This document shows, one piece after another, positions 52,561 through 64,000 of a DNA stretch of 64,000 nucleotides. This DNA comes from Selaginella moellendorffii (Eukaryota > Plantae > Lycopodiophyta). Under the pieces are notes generated by a model. The model did no database searches. It was not told the origin of the DNA and saw only the letters and a program-made list of their open reading frames with translations. Position numbers and translations under genes: made by a program. The stretch lies in NCBI RefSeq assembly GCF_000143415.4, contig NW_003314274.1, positions 2,090,623-2,154,622 on the forward strand, read 5' to 3'. The stretch's first letter is position 1, and every line of letters begins with the position of its first letter.

Positions 52561-53681
52561 TGTCGCGAATGTGACTTCGGGTATCAAAAGTTACCTGTCG
52601 GCTAGTCCTTTCGGATATTCTTTCCTTACTGCCACGATGGCAAGAGGTCGGTATTGCTGGACCCATTATCAGTTTCCCACTTGAGCTAGTTGAGAAACTG
52701 GTCAATGACCGTGTACTTAGATCGGATAAACATAAGGTAGGAACCCTATGTGTTTCTTGCTGAGCATACTCGGCCTGGTTTGAGAAACTCCTGTCATTGG
52801 CTTGCACTTGCTAGTATCAAGAACCCCCGCGATATTGAGCTTGGTCCCTCAATATCGCTAGATGATAGCTTACCGTGTCTGCCAAACACCCTCGCTATCA
52901 TGCCCTTTATGTTAGTCTCAATTCGTCCCAAATGCTATTTATGGAAAGTGTCCAGATTTGCTCATTTGGCATATCTACGGAATGTAGAGATCGGCCTGAA
53001 CACAATGGTGTTCGTCCCGTGTCCAAATTCGCAATCTAAAGACATTCCATATTTAGTAAGTTTCGAGCTTGTCCCAGAGACTAACTCCTGATACTAAGGG
53101 AGGCTTGGGGTGAAAGCCCAAAGCGTGTGTTCCTCAAGGGGGGTGGGGGGGGCTATGGGGGGTTCCAAATGTATAGTAGGGATAGTGGGTAGGTTGGGTA
53201 TGGCCGACCAACCTGAGGCATAGTCTAGCTCCCGCTTGCGTGCCTGTCCTTGTTCTGCGTCCGGTTTGGGTCTAAGCTCAAGTTCCATTCCATGCTAATT
53301 GGTGGAGTACCCATATCCTCACATTAGGCCACCGGTATGCCGAAATAGCACTAGACTCCGTTTGGCTCCGTTTTGCGTGCTGGTCCTGGCATTGGGATGC
53401 TGGTTGCTCCAGGACTATTCCAAGTCGCTTCGGGCTCCTGTCCCTTCGCTCCTTGGGCTGTTTGCTCGGGAGTTGCTCCGTGGTTCGGTTCTATCACTCC
53501 TTGGCTTCATGCTTGGGAGTTTGGCACCATTCTTTCGTTCAGGGCCCAAGGCCCTGAACCTCGGGTTCCTATGGACACGTGGCATGTGACATGTGGCACA
53601 AAGAGGGTTTAGGTTCCGCTTTGTGGTGTTATCCTATGGTAAATCACCATAGGATAAAGGGTCAAAACCACGTGCACTACA
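52561..53681 (+). mobile_element. Family A solo LTR inside the family B 5' LTR
   Basis: TGTCGCGAATG...GCACTACA with flanks CCGAG/CCAAG; no PBS or PPT adjacent. Confidence 0.9.
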
Positions 53682-56600
53682 CCAAGGATACGGTCGTGGG
53701 AGGAGGAAGTCCTAGAGGACTGTAGGACTTAGTGGTTAGGCCTATGGGCCTTGATCCAGTGCTAGTGATAGCGAACACAACCATGGATAGAAAGGGTATT
53801 GGTGAGGACTGGAAAAGAGATATTGGGGAAGGCTATCCCCCATGTCTATGGGCATCCTAAGGATGCTAAAGAGTGGATCCGGGATGATCACTCATGGATG
53901 GATGGCCCAGTCTTTGAGAGACAGAACTGTGATATAGGTGGTGTTAGACCACCGGTGTGACCAAGGTAAAGGGGCATGGCCTTAGCGTAATGGGCTAATA
54001 TGTCAGTGGTACCATGGGGTGTTGGTTATGGGATTGAACATGTGGAGCATTTGGGCCAAGTGCAAAGGTTGAGTGGTAGGGATGCCATTTTCGGGGCTAG
54101 CACGCATAAGTCCGGAATAAGACTTATGGAGGTTGTGAGTGAGACTCCTCCAAGTGGTTGGAGGTGTGGTTAAGTGACTAAAGTAGAATGGAAAAATTAG
54201 TCACTTACAATTTGGTATCGAAGCTGTTCCTTAGTCTGACTTTTATTACTACTTAAGTATATCACCACTGGTGTTGGTATCGGAAGGTCCTAGGAGTGGA
54301 CCTATCCTTGGGGAGTAGCAAGTCAGGAAGATATGCCTCTCCACTACAGTTTATATGTGAACTTGTAGATGAAGTGGTGGATAGAAAAGGGCTAATAAAG
54401 GAATGACTTTGGGATCTTGGGAATAGTGTAAGGTTTTCTTCATTGAGTTGAGGATGTGATCCAGATGAGTGTTTGACCCAACAAACCGGCTAATGTAGTT
54501 GTGGTAAACAACTATATTTGGGATTACGGGGAAGATAGAGACTCCAAAACGATAAAGGAGTCACAAGATTACCCTCTTGAAGTTGAGGCTGGTGCTCATG
54601 AATTTGAGACTAGAATTAATGACTGTGGGAGGTCAAATACGGATGAGGACATAAGTCTTTGAAATGGTAGCCGAGGCTACCTTGAATAAATGCTAGAACA
54701 ACCCCAGGAGTTGGGGGTGTGCTTAGAGGATGATGTTCTCATTATATGAACAGATAGTCCTAACAGGCGAAGGTAGCTCACACGAAACGAAAAATAGTCA
54801 AGTGTTGGAATAACACTTGTAATGGTGGTTTTAGTAAGTAGGACGTGAATACAAAAAGTTGTATTCCAATGAGCTAGCACTTCAAAAGTAAAACCTTATA
54901 GGTCGAAGGATTAGAAAAAGTCCAACAGGCCGATGACTTGAGTGGAGTCAAGGAATGGTCCTAAAGGACTGATAGAAGCATTTGGACTGAGGTGTGTTGT
55001 GCCCCACGAAGGATGGAGAGGATTATAAGATCCAAGTACAAGAACAATGGGTATCTCATGGGTGGCAAAATGTGCCATACTAAAGTCATGGGAAAGGTGT
55101 TCCCAGAAGAAAGCAACTTTGGTGCAGAGTTGTGTGAGAACACTGTGGTGAAGTACTAATAGATAGTTGGCATGAGAAATGACTGTGTTGGTCTTGGCAA
55201 AAGACCTAGACATGAGTGCAAGTGTCTTGAAGGTAAGTTTGTGGAGCCAATGGTGTGGAGACACCAAATGTGTCAACGTGTGATACCTTGAGGTTATGTT
55301 GGTGGGTTCATGAGAACCTTTTGCCAAGGGAATCCCAATGGAAATGAGAATGGCATAGCCTAAGCTGGAAGGCATGTGGTAGAGTGTGGTGACCCAAACA
55401 ATGATGAAGGTGTGGAAGCACCAGCAATAAGTTGTAGGACTTGGCAATTATGAGGCAACTAAGCAAAAGGTGCAAAATAATTGATAAAAATGGTAGAAGG
55501 TAACTACCTAAGATTTCTTATTGGGATAAAGAAGGTAGATATACCCTTATAGAGAATGAATTGCTTATGTTGCGATATAATAAATCAATGTCGTAAAGGG
55601 AATGCTTATTGTCAAGGAGGCCATCATTGGGACACCCAAACACTCTAGAACACCAGGAGTTGATGTTTAAAGTCACGAGGGCAATAGATAAGGCCCAAGG
55701 GACTAAGTCCTTGGATAGAAGGTGCTATCCAAACGTCTAAGGTTGTGAAGACAGGAGAAGTCTATCTACCCAAATTGGACAAAGCAAAAACTGGGATTTT
55801 GGCAAGGTTAGTGATAGGCATATAAATGCCTATAAGTAGCAACGTTAATCTCGGTGTGTGGGATTATAAGGTGAGTATACCCGGATTGAGGAACCACTCC
55901 CTAGGTTATTGGGTAGGTTTATCCCTAAAAATACTTGCTAAAGCATGGTAGAAAGTGCAAAGCTATCCTCCTAATCTAGATGCGAATAACCGAAGGAAAT
56001 GTGTGAGGCCAAAAGCAAGTAGTAAAGGGATAAAACCAAACCATAGGAATTGAAGAGCATAACCAAGGGTGGTTATGTCAGTTAGGAGTGGAGAATCAAA
56101 TGGGTGCTCGAGTATGTTGTTACTAGCAACCATGGTGCCATAGAGAGTCTAAGGCATGGAATTGTCCATGTTAGACCATATGACAATTAGAAGACTTGCG
56201 AAAGGACAAGCCTTAGCAAACTAAGGGACAGAGTTCCTTCAAGGTTCCCAAAGACAATTCTAGATAGCGTATAACCTAGAAAGCCAAGTGTAAATATTTT
56301 ATAGAATGCGCGAAATCAAAATGGTGCAGCAAAAGCGTGGTCTTGAAGTTTGCCATAAGGCAATGCTATCAAGGTTGGGGAAGTAGTTCCCAAGTGTTCA
56401 AAGGGATGACTTTCAACGAAAGTTGATGGTCAAGAACTTTCACGCTTATGCATGAAACCATGTTATATTGGTCGGATGACTTGCTAAGTGAGAGTGGCAA
56501 GTCAGGGGAACAAATCCCCTAGTTGAAGGTGCTAACTTCAAAAGCCATAGGGCCAAGCATGGAGGAGTCCATACATGATCATAGACTTGTCAAGTGAGAG

Positions 56601-58368
56601 GACTTGGCAATTTGGAGGGACTAAGTTCCTAAGCTATGATCCATAGCGCGCTTTGGATATAAATTGGTGCACTGGCGTGGAAATCACACCAGGCATCTAG
56701 GGTGATGCCATCCGTAAATGCATATACAAAGGTTGGGTTCGAGTCCCGACCCTTTAGTGCTTGGGTTCGAGTCCCAAATCACTAGGGTGTGGTGATGGTT
56801 TGGAATATGAGGACACTCATATTTCAGTGGTCATAGACTCTCAGTGAGGAGACTGACTTGGGCACACTGCCAAGCGGGGGATGTTCCGAAGTCATGATGC
56901 ACGGTTAGATTGCTTAGAGCAAAAGCTCAGAATATCTAACTTAAACACTTTGGTGCAAAGGGCACCAAGGACGTGGTGAATGAGATGGGGACACCTAATC
57001 TTAGTTGCTATGGATCCTTGGCCGGAAGGGCTAGCTTGGGTGCACCGCCAAGTGTGGGGGATGCCTCCGGAGTCATAGTCAACAATTTAAAAGGTCTGAA
57101 AGACCTAACTCCTATTGGTAGACTTATTGAGGGGTCAAAATGAGATCACTAGGTAATCTTATGGCTAAATAAGGACAAGGTTTTTGTTTAAGTTAAGGAA
57201 TATGATTCCTAGTTCAAAGTGTTGGTTTGAACTATTAATAATGGTGTGATTTGGTCAAAGTGACCAAGTGGGAAGGACACATAAAAGAAAATTAGTTGTG
57301 TCAATACAATAGTATAGTAAGTCCAAGAAAGTAGTCTCTAGGAGAGACCTATGGAAGGGTCGCAAAGTTGGGCCATGAACGGAGCATATAGCAGAAAATG
57401 CTAAAGAAACCTACTAGGACTGAGCACCCTCTAGACTTAGCAAAGTAGAGCCTTTGCCATGGAACTAAAAGGATACCTCAAGAATGGAGGTAAGGATCCT
57501 ATATTACTTAGTGCAACAATCAATGGATAAAAGTAAAAGACTAATGGCCAAGTATGGGCTATGGAGTTCATTGGAAGGAATCCAAACAGCAAAGTTAGGT
57601 ATGGAACACTAATGTGTTGGATGCTAACGGATTGTGAGAAAAGAAGTGTGCTTCCAAAGATGGATTTCTAAATGCTCTAAGGTGGCAAAAGGTGAAAGCT
57701 CCAAGGGAAGGAGCGGCAAACTAGCCAAATAATAGGGTCATGGACAGCTCTAGCACAATTTATGATAGCTAGAACTTAGTGCCAAAGGTAGTACAAAATA
57801 GAAAGGAGGATGATGGCGCTCTCAAGTGGAGAACTTCCTAAGATGGGGAAGTGAAGTTGCACAATAAGTGCAATGAAAGGTGTCGGAGACACTTAGGAAA
57901 TTGACTTCGAGAAGTCAAAATTAAAAGTTCTAAGGTGAACTGGTTATATCAATAGAAGTTGAGATTACTCGAGAATGAATAGTGGGATTGAGCTAGAGAA
58001 GGTGTCTCTAATGGGTTTAGCGAGAGCTAAACTAATAAAAGGGAGAGAACCACTTAAAGTGGTCAAATGAGTCTTTATGTTGGAAACACTATGCTCCTTA
58101 GAGGTTGGACAAGGCATGACGAGCCTTCGGTGTCAAACCATTGATGAATATGGGCTAGGTGCCAAGGATGGAAAAGGTAATACATGCTAGTGTTACTTTA
58201 TAAAATGGTTTATCGTTTGATGAGGACATCAAACTTCGTCTATGGGTGGTAGAGTTGTGAGACACAAATCCCTAAGCCCCAAAGTGGAGCCGAAAGTGTG
58301 CCACATGGCAGTGGCTGAAGTGAAAGCTAAACGAGCATAACACATTTGGACTAAAAGCTCTGACTTGA

Positions 58369-58720
58369 GGAGTCCGAGATGGACCCGAGATGGAGTCCGA
58401 GATGGACCGAGATGGAGTCCAAGATGGAGTTTGAGATGGACCCAAGATGGAGTCTGAGATGGAGTCCGAGATGGACCCGAGATGGAGTTCGAGATGGACC
58501 CAAGATGGAGTCTGAGAAGGACCCAAGATGGAGTCCAAAGTCAAGACTGAGATCGGGACCGGGACCGAGACCAGGACCGAGACGAGACCGAGACCGGGAC
58601 TGAGATTGAGACCGAAGCCGAGGCTGAGACCGAGACCGAGACTGGGACCGAGACCGAAGCCCAGGCCGAGACCGAGCCCAAGCCCGAGTCCAAGTCTGAG
58701 TCCGAGTTCGAGTCTGAGAG
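58369..58720 (+). repeat. Structured tandem array in the family B LTR: GAGATGGA(GT/C)CC 10-12-mers, then (GAGACC)n, then (GAGTCC)n
   Basis: Directly visible; homologous arrays at 52459-52560, 60311-60570 and 61089-61236/62368-62430. Confidence 0.9.
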
Positions 58721-59940
58721 GGTGAAAGCCCAAAACGTTCGTCTCCCAGACCTTGGGGGGTTTGGTGAGCTCCAAAAGTATAGTAAGGGGAGGACTCTAG
58801 TGGAGCTAGTTTGGCCAAGAAAGGCCAGTTTGGCCCAGGAAGGCTGTACCCAAATGTTGAGTGATGGGATAACAATTGGGAAGTCCAAAGTTAGAGTGAA
58901 TACGAATCGACAAGCGGGGTAGCTTGGTGAAGTATTCAAGAGCCTGCTCTAGTTCCCCCGGGAGATCGAATGGTCGATGCTCCCAGTCCAAGTGTGGGTG
59001 GCACTACCTACTTGGATACCTAGCATGGCTCAATGGAACCTCGCTCTAAGCCCATGGCTAGAGCACCCAAAGGTGGAAGGCAGGGAGAGTACCCACGAGG
59101 CTCGCGTAAGGCCACGGTGTTCCAAAATGTTGTCCTAAAGTCCCAGATTGTGAAAAAAAAGAGGAATAGTCCTCTAGTGCACAGACCAAGGATACGGTCA
59201 TGGGAGGAGGAAGTCCCAGAGGACCGTGGGACTTAGTGGTTGGGCCTGTGGGCCTTGATCCAATGCCAGTGATAGCGAACACAGCCATGGACAGAAAGGG
59301 TATTGGTGAGGACCAAAAAAGGGATATTGGGGAAGGCTATCCCCCATGTCTATGGGCATTCTAAGGATGCTAAGGAGTGGATCCGGGATGATCACTCATG
59401 GATGGATGGCCCAGTCTTTGAGAGACAGGACTATGATATAGGTGGTGTTAGACCACCGGTGTGACCAAGGTAAAGGGGCATGGCCTTAGCGTAATGGGCT
59501 GATATGTCAGTGGTATGTTGGAGTGTCAGTCATGGGATTGGTCACGTGGAGCACTTGGGCCAAGTGCAAAGGTTGAGTGGTGGGGATGCCATTCTCAGCG
59601 CTAGCACACCCAAGTTCAGAATAGGACTTATGAAGGTTGTGAGTGAGACTCCTCCAAGTGGTCGGAGGTGTGGTTAAGTGACTAAAGTAGAATGGAAAAA
59701 TTAATCGCTTACATTCTGCAAATTCAAAGTGTAACCTTGAGTTTCTAATATGCCTCACTCACGAGCCCAAGTGCAAACTCATGCAAAGTGGTACAACAAG
59801 GTAACCAAATCCATACCCAAGGAACAAATGCAAATTCTTAGCACCCAAACATGTACTCACTCGGATCATCGTTTTCATCTCTATATATGCAACAAGACTA
59901 ATTTCCCAATCTCATTAGATAGTACTCGCTGAGACATATC

Positions 59941-60112
59941 CTTTGATACCACATGTAATGCACCTTATCTATCTCCCCTTAAGCCAATTGGAAAAGGGTA
60001 ATTGTTTAATGAGAGAGCCTTTAGTGCTTATTTTATCCCCATTTATCTCCCAAGGTTCCAAGGATTCAGTGATAATATATCCAAATTTCATCCCATAATC
60101 ACATGCATTACA
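59941..60112 (-). mobile_element. Family C LTR end with degenerate Met PBS (TGGTATCAAAG)
   Basis: Minus strand reads ...GCATTACA-TG-TGGTATCAAAG; matches 50485-50650. Confidence 0.7.
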
Positions 60113-63100
60113 CATATAGCAATGGTCAAAATAGAAGTCCAATGAGCATAACACATTAGGACCAAAAACTCTAACTTGGGAAGTCGAGAGTGGGAGTGGA
60201 ACTTCAAACAAAGGGCTCAAGGAATAAGCACAAAGCAATTGATGATTGAGTCTCTAGAAAGGGAGATAAGAGGACTGACACATAGCAGGTGTTGTGACAT
60301 ATGGAAGTGTCGGAGTCTGAGATGGAGTCCAAGAAGGAGTCTGAGATGGAGTCCGTGATGGAGTTTGAGAAGGAGTCCAAGATGAAGCCCAAGGTTAAGA
60401 CTGAGATGAGACCGAGACTCAGACCAAAACTGAGACCGAGACAGAGATCGAGACCGAGATTGAGACTGAGACCGAGACTGAGACTGAGACTGAGACCAAG
60501 ACCGAGTTTGAGTCCAAGTCCAAGTTTGTGTTTGAGTTCGAGTCCAAAGTCCGAGTCCAAGTCCAAGTTAGAGGGTGAAATCCCAAAGTAAAATTGAGAT
60601 AGAGAAGGTGTCTTTAACAGGTTTAGCAAAAGCTAAACAAACAAAGGAAGAGAAGTGACACAAGTGATTTTATGAGTCTCTAAGATGGAGAGGCTACGGG
60701 CAAGACATGGTGAGCCTTTAATGTTGAACCATCGACAAATATTGACTTGGTGCTAATGAAAATGGTAATCTATGATAGGGTTACTTTATAAAATGGTTTA
60801 TTGTTCAATAAGGATATTGAACTTCATCTATGGGTGGTGGAGTTGTGAGACACAAATCCCTAAACCCTAAATTGGAGCCAAAAGTGTGCCATATGGTAGT
60901 GGTCAAAATAGAAGTCTAATGAGCATAACATGTTAGGACCAAAAGCTTCGATCCAGAAAGTTGGGAGCGGGAGTGGAACTCCAAACAAAGGGCTTGAGGA
61001 ATGAGCAGAAAGCAATTGATGAATGAGTCTTTAGAAAGGGGGACAAGAAGGATTGACACATAGTAGGTGTTATGACATGTGGAAGTGTTGGAGTCCAAGA
61101 TAGTGTCCAAGTGGAGTCTGAGAAGCAGTCTGAGAAGTAGTCTGAGATGGAGTTCAAAATAGAGCCTGAGGTCGAGATCGAGACTGAGACCGAGACTAAG
61201 ACTAAAACCGAGACTGAGACCAAGACTAAGACCGAGTGTCGCGAATGTGATTGTGGGTATCGAAAATTACCTGTCAGCTAGTCCTTTTGGATATTCTTTC
61301 CTTACTGCCACGATAGTAGGAGGTTGGTATTGTTAGTCACTTTTTCAGTCTCTACCTAAGCTAATTGAGAAATTAGTCTTCGCATGTGCACTTGACCAAA
61401 TGAGCATAAGGACGAAATTCCTAAGTGCTATTCGTTAAGCATACTTGACTTGGTTAGAGAAACTCATTCGTTGACTTGCACTTACTAGTGTTAAACACCC
61501 CTATGATATTGAGATTGGTCCCTTAATATTTGCTAAATGATAGCTTACCGTGTTTGCCAAACACCCTCACTATCATACACTTTATTTTAGTATTATTTGG
61601 TTCCAATTACTATTTATGGAAAGTGTTAAGATTTGCTAGTTTAGCATATCTACGGAATGTAGAGATTGTCCTGAACACAATAGTGTTTATCTTGTGTCCA
61701 AATTCAAAATCTAAAGACATTCCATATTTAGTAAGTTTTGAGTTAGTTCTAAAGATTAACTCTTGGTACTAAGGGTGGCTAAGGGTGAAAGCCCAAAGAG
61801 TGTGTTCCTCAAGGGGGGGGAAGTCTGTGGGGGGTTCCAAATGTATAATAGAGATAGTGGATAAGTTGGGCATGCTTAACCAACTTGAGGCATAGTTACT
61901 TGTTCTGCATTTGGCTTGGGTCTAACCCCAAGTTCCATACCATGTTAGTTGGTGGAGTACATATATCCTTGCGTTAGGCCACCGGTATGCTAAAATAGTG
62001 CCAAACTATGTTTAGCTCTATTTTGCGTGTTGGTCTTAACATTGGGATGCTTGATGCTCTAGGATTGTTCCAAATTGCTCTATGCTTCTGTCCCTTTGCT
62101 TCTTGGACTGTTCCAAGTTGCTCTGTGCTCCTATCCTTTTGCTCCTTGGGCTATACATTCGGGAGTCATTCCATGCTCCATCCATGCTTGGGAGTTTGGC
62201 ACTATTCTTTTATTCAGTGGCCCAAGGCCCTGAAACTTGGGTTCCACACCACTGTCCTTTGGACATATGGCATGTGACATGTGGCATATGGAGTGTTTTG
62301 CTTCCGTTTTGTGGTTATGCTATGGTAAATCACCATAGGATAAAGGGTATAAACCACATGCGCTACATTGAGATCAAGACCAATTTTGAGTCTGAGTCTA
62401 AATCTGAGTTTGTGTTCAAGTCAAAGTCCTCGGGTGAAAGCCGAAAGTGATTATCTTCCAAACTCTAGGGGTTTTTGTGAGCTCTAAAAGGATAGTAGGA
62501 GTGGAACCAGTTTGGTTAGGAAAGGTTAGTGTGATCAAGGAAAGCTATACCCACATAGTGGGTGATGATACAATCAATAAGGAGTCTAAGGTTAAAGTGA
62601 ATATGGATAGACAAATAGGGTAATTTAGTGAAGTGTTCAAGAGCTAGCTCTAGCTCTCTTGGGAGATCAAATGGTCACTACTCTTAATCTAAGTATGGGT
62701 GGCACTACCTACATAGATATTTGGCATGGCTCATCAGAACCTTGCTCTAGCCACATGGCTAGAGCACCTAAAGGTGGAAAGTGGGGAGAGTACCCATGAG
62801 GCTTGTATTGAGCCACAGTGTTTTGAAATGTCACCTAATATCTTGAACTGTGGAAAAGAAAAAAAGTCCTCTTCTTGTGTAGTGACCAAGGATATAATCA
62901 CATAGCAAGGAAGTCCCAAAGGTCAATAGGATTTAGTGGTCGAGCCTTTAGGCCCTGACTTAGTAGTGGTGTTAACGAGCATGATTGTGGACAGAAAAAG
63001 ATTTAGTGGGGACTGAAGGAGGGATATTAAGGAAAGATGTTCCCCATGTCTCCAGACATCCTAAAGATGCTAAGGTGTGGTCATGGGATGATTACTCATG

Positions 63101-64000
63101 GATAGATGGCTTAGTCTTTAGGAGACAAGACTATGGTATGGGTGGTTTTAGACTACTCATAAGACAAAGATGAATGGACATAACCTTAGCATAACAGCCT
63201 AATATATCAATGGTACCTTTGGGTAATTCTTGGGGGATCAAACACGTGGAGCACTTGGATCAAATGCAAAGGTTGAGGGGTATAGATGCCCTTTACAGGG
63301 GCAGCATATCCCCAGGTCGGGAATAAGACTTATGGAGGTTGTGAATGAGACTCCCCCAAGTTATCAAAGGTGTGGTTAAATCACTTACAATTTAGTATAA
63401 GAGTTGTTCCTTAGTTTAATTTTTATTGGTGGTCAAGCATATCACCACTTGATATTTATATCAGAAGGTCCCATGAATGGACCTATCATCAAAGAGTAGT
63501 ATATCAAGAGGGCAGACTCTCCACTTGAGTTCATACGTGAACATATAGTCAATAGAAAGGGGCCAATACGAGAACGACTTTGGGATTTTAAGAATAATAG
63601 AAAGAGTTGAGAATGTGATTTAATAAGTATTTGACTAAGCAAAATAGCTAATGTGGTTGTGGTAAACAATTATACTTGGGATTACAAGAAAGATATAGAT
63701 TTCGAGACAATAAAGAAGTCATAAAATTATCCTTATATAGTTGAAGAACTGTGAGAGGTTAAATACAAATTAGGATATATGTCCTTAAAATGTAACTAGG
63801 GCTACTTTTAATAAAGGTTGGAACAACAGAGGGTGTGCTTAAAGGATGAGTCAGTGTTTTTATCATATGGAAGGATAACTTTAAGGGGCAAAGGTAGCCT
63901 ATGTGAAATAAAGGATAATCAAGTGTCGAAGCATGGTCTTTTTGAATATGACATAAATATACGAAGTTGTATTGTAACGAGGTTGCACCCCAAAAGGAGC
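60112..64000 (+). mobile_element. Older family B pieces: LTR fragment (60112-60590), 3' internal plus PPT (60590-60843), LTR 60844-63389, degenerate PBS and internal region to the window end
   Basis: Segments align to 58300-58735, 57990-58255, 58256-59713 and 54210-54870 respectively. Confidence 0.85.
61237..62367 (+). mobile_element. Family A solo LTR inserted in the hexamer array of a family B LTR
   Basis: TGTCGCGAATG...GCGCTACA with flanks CCGAG/TTGAG (TSD with C>T decay); the host array resumes afterwards. Confidence 0.9.

Larger units (their letters stand above)
52347..59713 (+). mobile_element. Complete LTR retroelement, family B (5' LTR 52347-54209, 3' LTR 58256-59713); internal region lacks intact ORFs
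   Basis: TG...CA LTRs, 5-bp TSD TTCTG (52342-52346 and 59714-59718), PBS TGGTATCGAAGC at 54213-54224, PPT GGGTGGTAGAGT just before 58256. Confidence 0.92.

Noticed and set aside
58369-58720. Repeat array considered as a CRISPR
   Set aside because: Head-to-tail short units with no unique spacers, in a eukaryotic LTR context, with no cas genes.
58272-58939. ORFs with RP/LG/SR dipeptide repeats (also 60204-60629 and 52313-52807)
   Set aside because: Translation artefacts of the hexamer/12-mer LTR array.

Overview
Eukaryotic land-plant nuclear DNA. Many 45-90 nt introns, intergenic gaps often only 40-160 bp, PPR relics and a plastid-type MltB point to a lycophyte such as Selaginella; this is inference, no database search was run. 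Bases 1-43.5 kb are gene-dense. In order: a ZGRF1-like helicase (partial), two decayed tandem subtilase copies, an intron-containing bacterial-type lytic murein transglycosylase (MltB), two tandem GMC oxidoreductases (one broken), a class III peroxidase, a mosaic of gene fragments around tRNA-Ala(UGC), a SYP5 syntaxin, PHS1, PIG-O, a GBF bZIP, PAF1, a SHINE-type ERF, an atypical bacterial-like pyrophosphatase, Mn-SOD, RPT4 and a small protein resembling the RH33/48 N-terminus. From ~43.6 kb to the end is a nest of Ty3/Gypsy-type retroelements. It includes a complete TSD-flanked element with no intact ORFs (52347-59713) and solo LTRs of a second family sitting in that element family's LTR tandem array. 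The most notable items are the MltB with a possible transit peptide plus lipobox, the atypical PPase, the tightly packed co-directional gene run and the repeated LTR-into-LTR-array insertions. Exon boundaries were read by eye.
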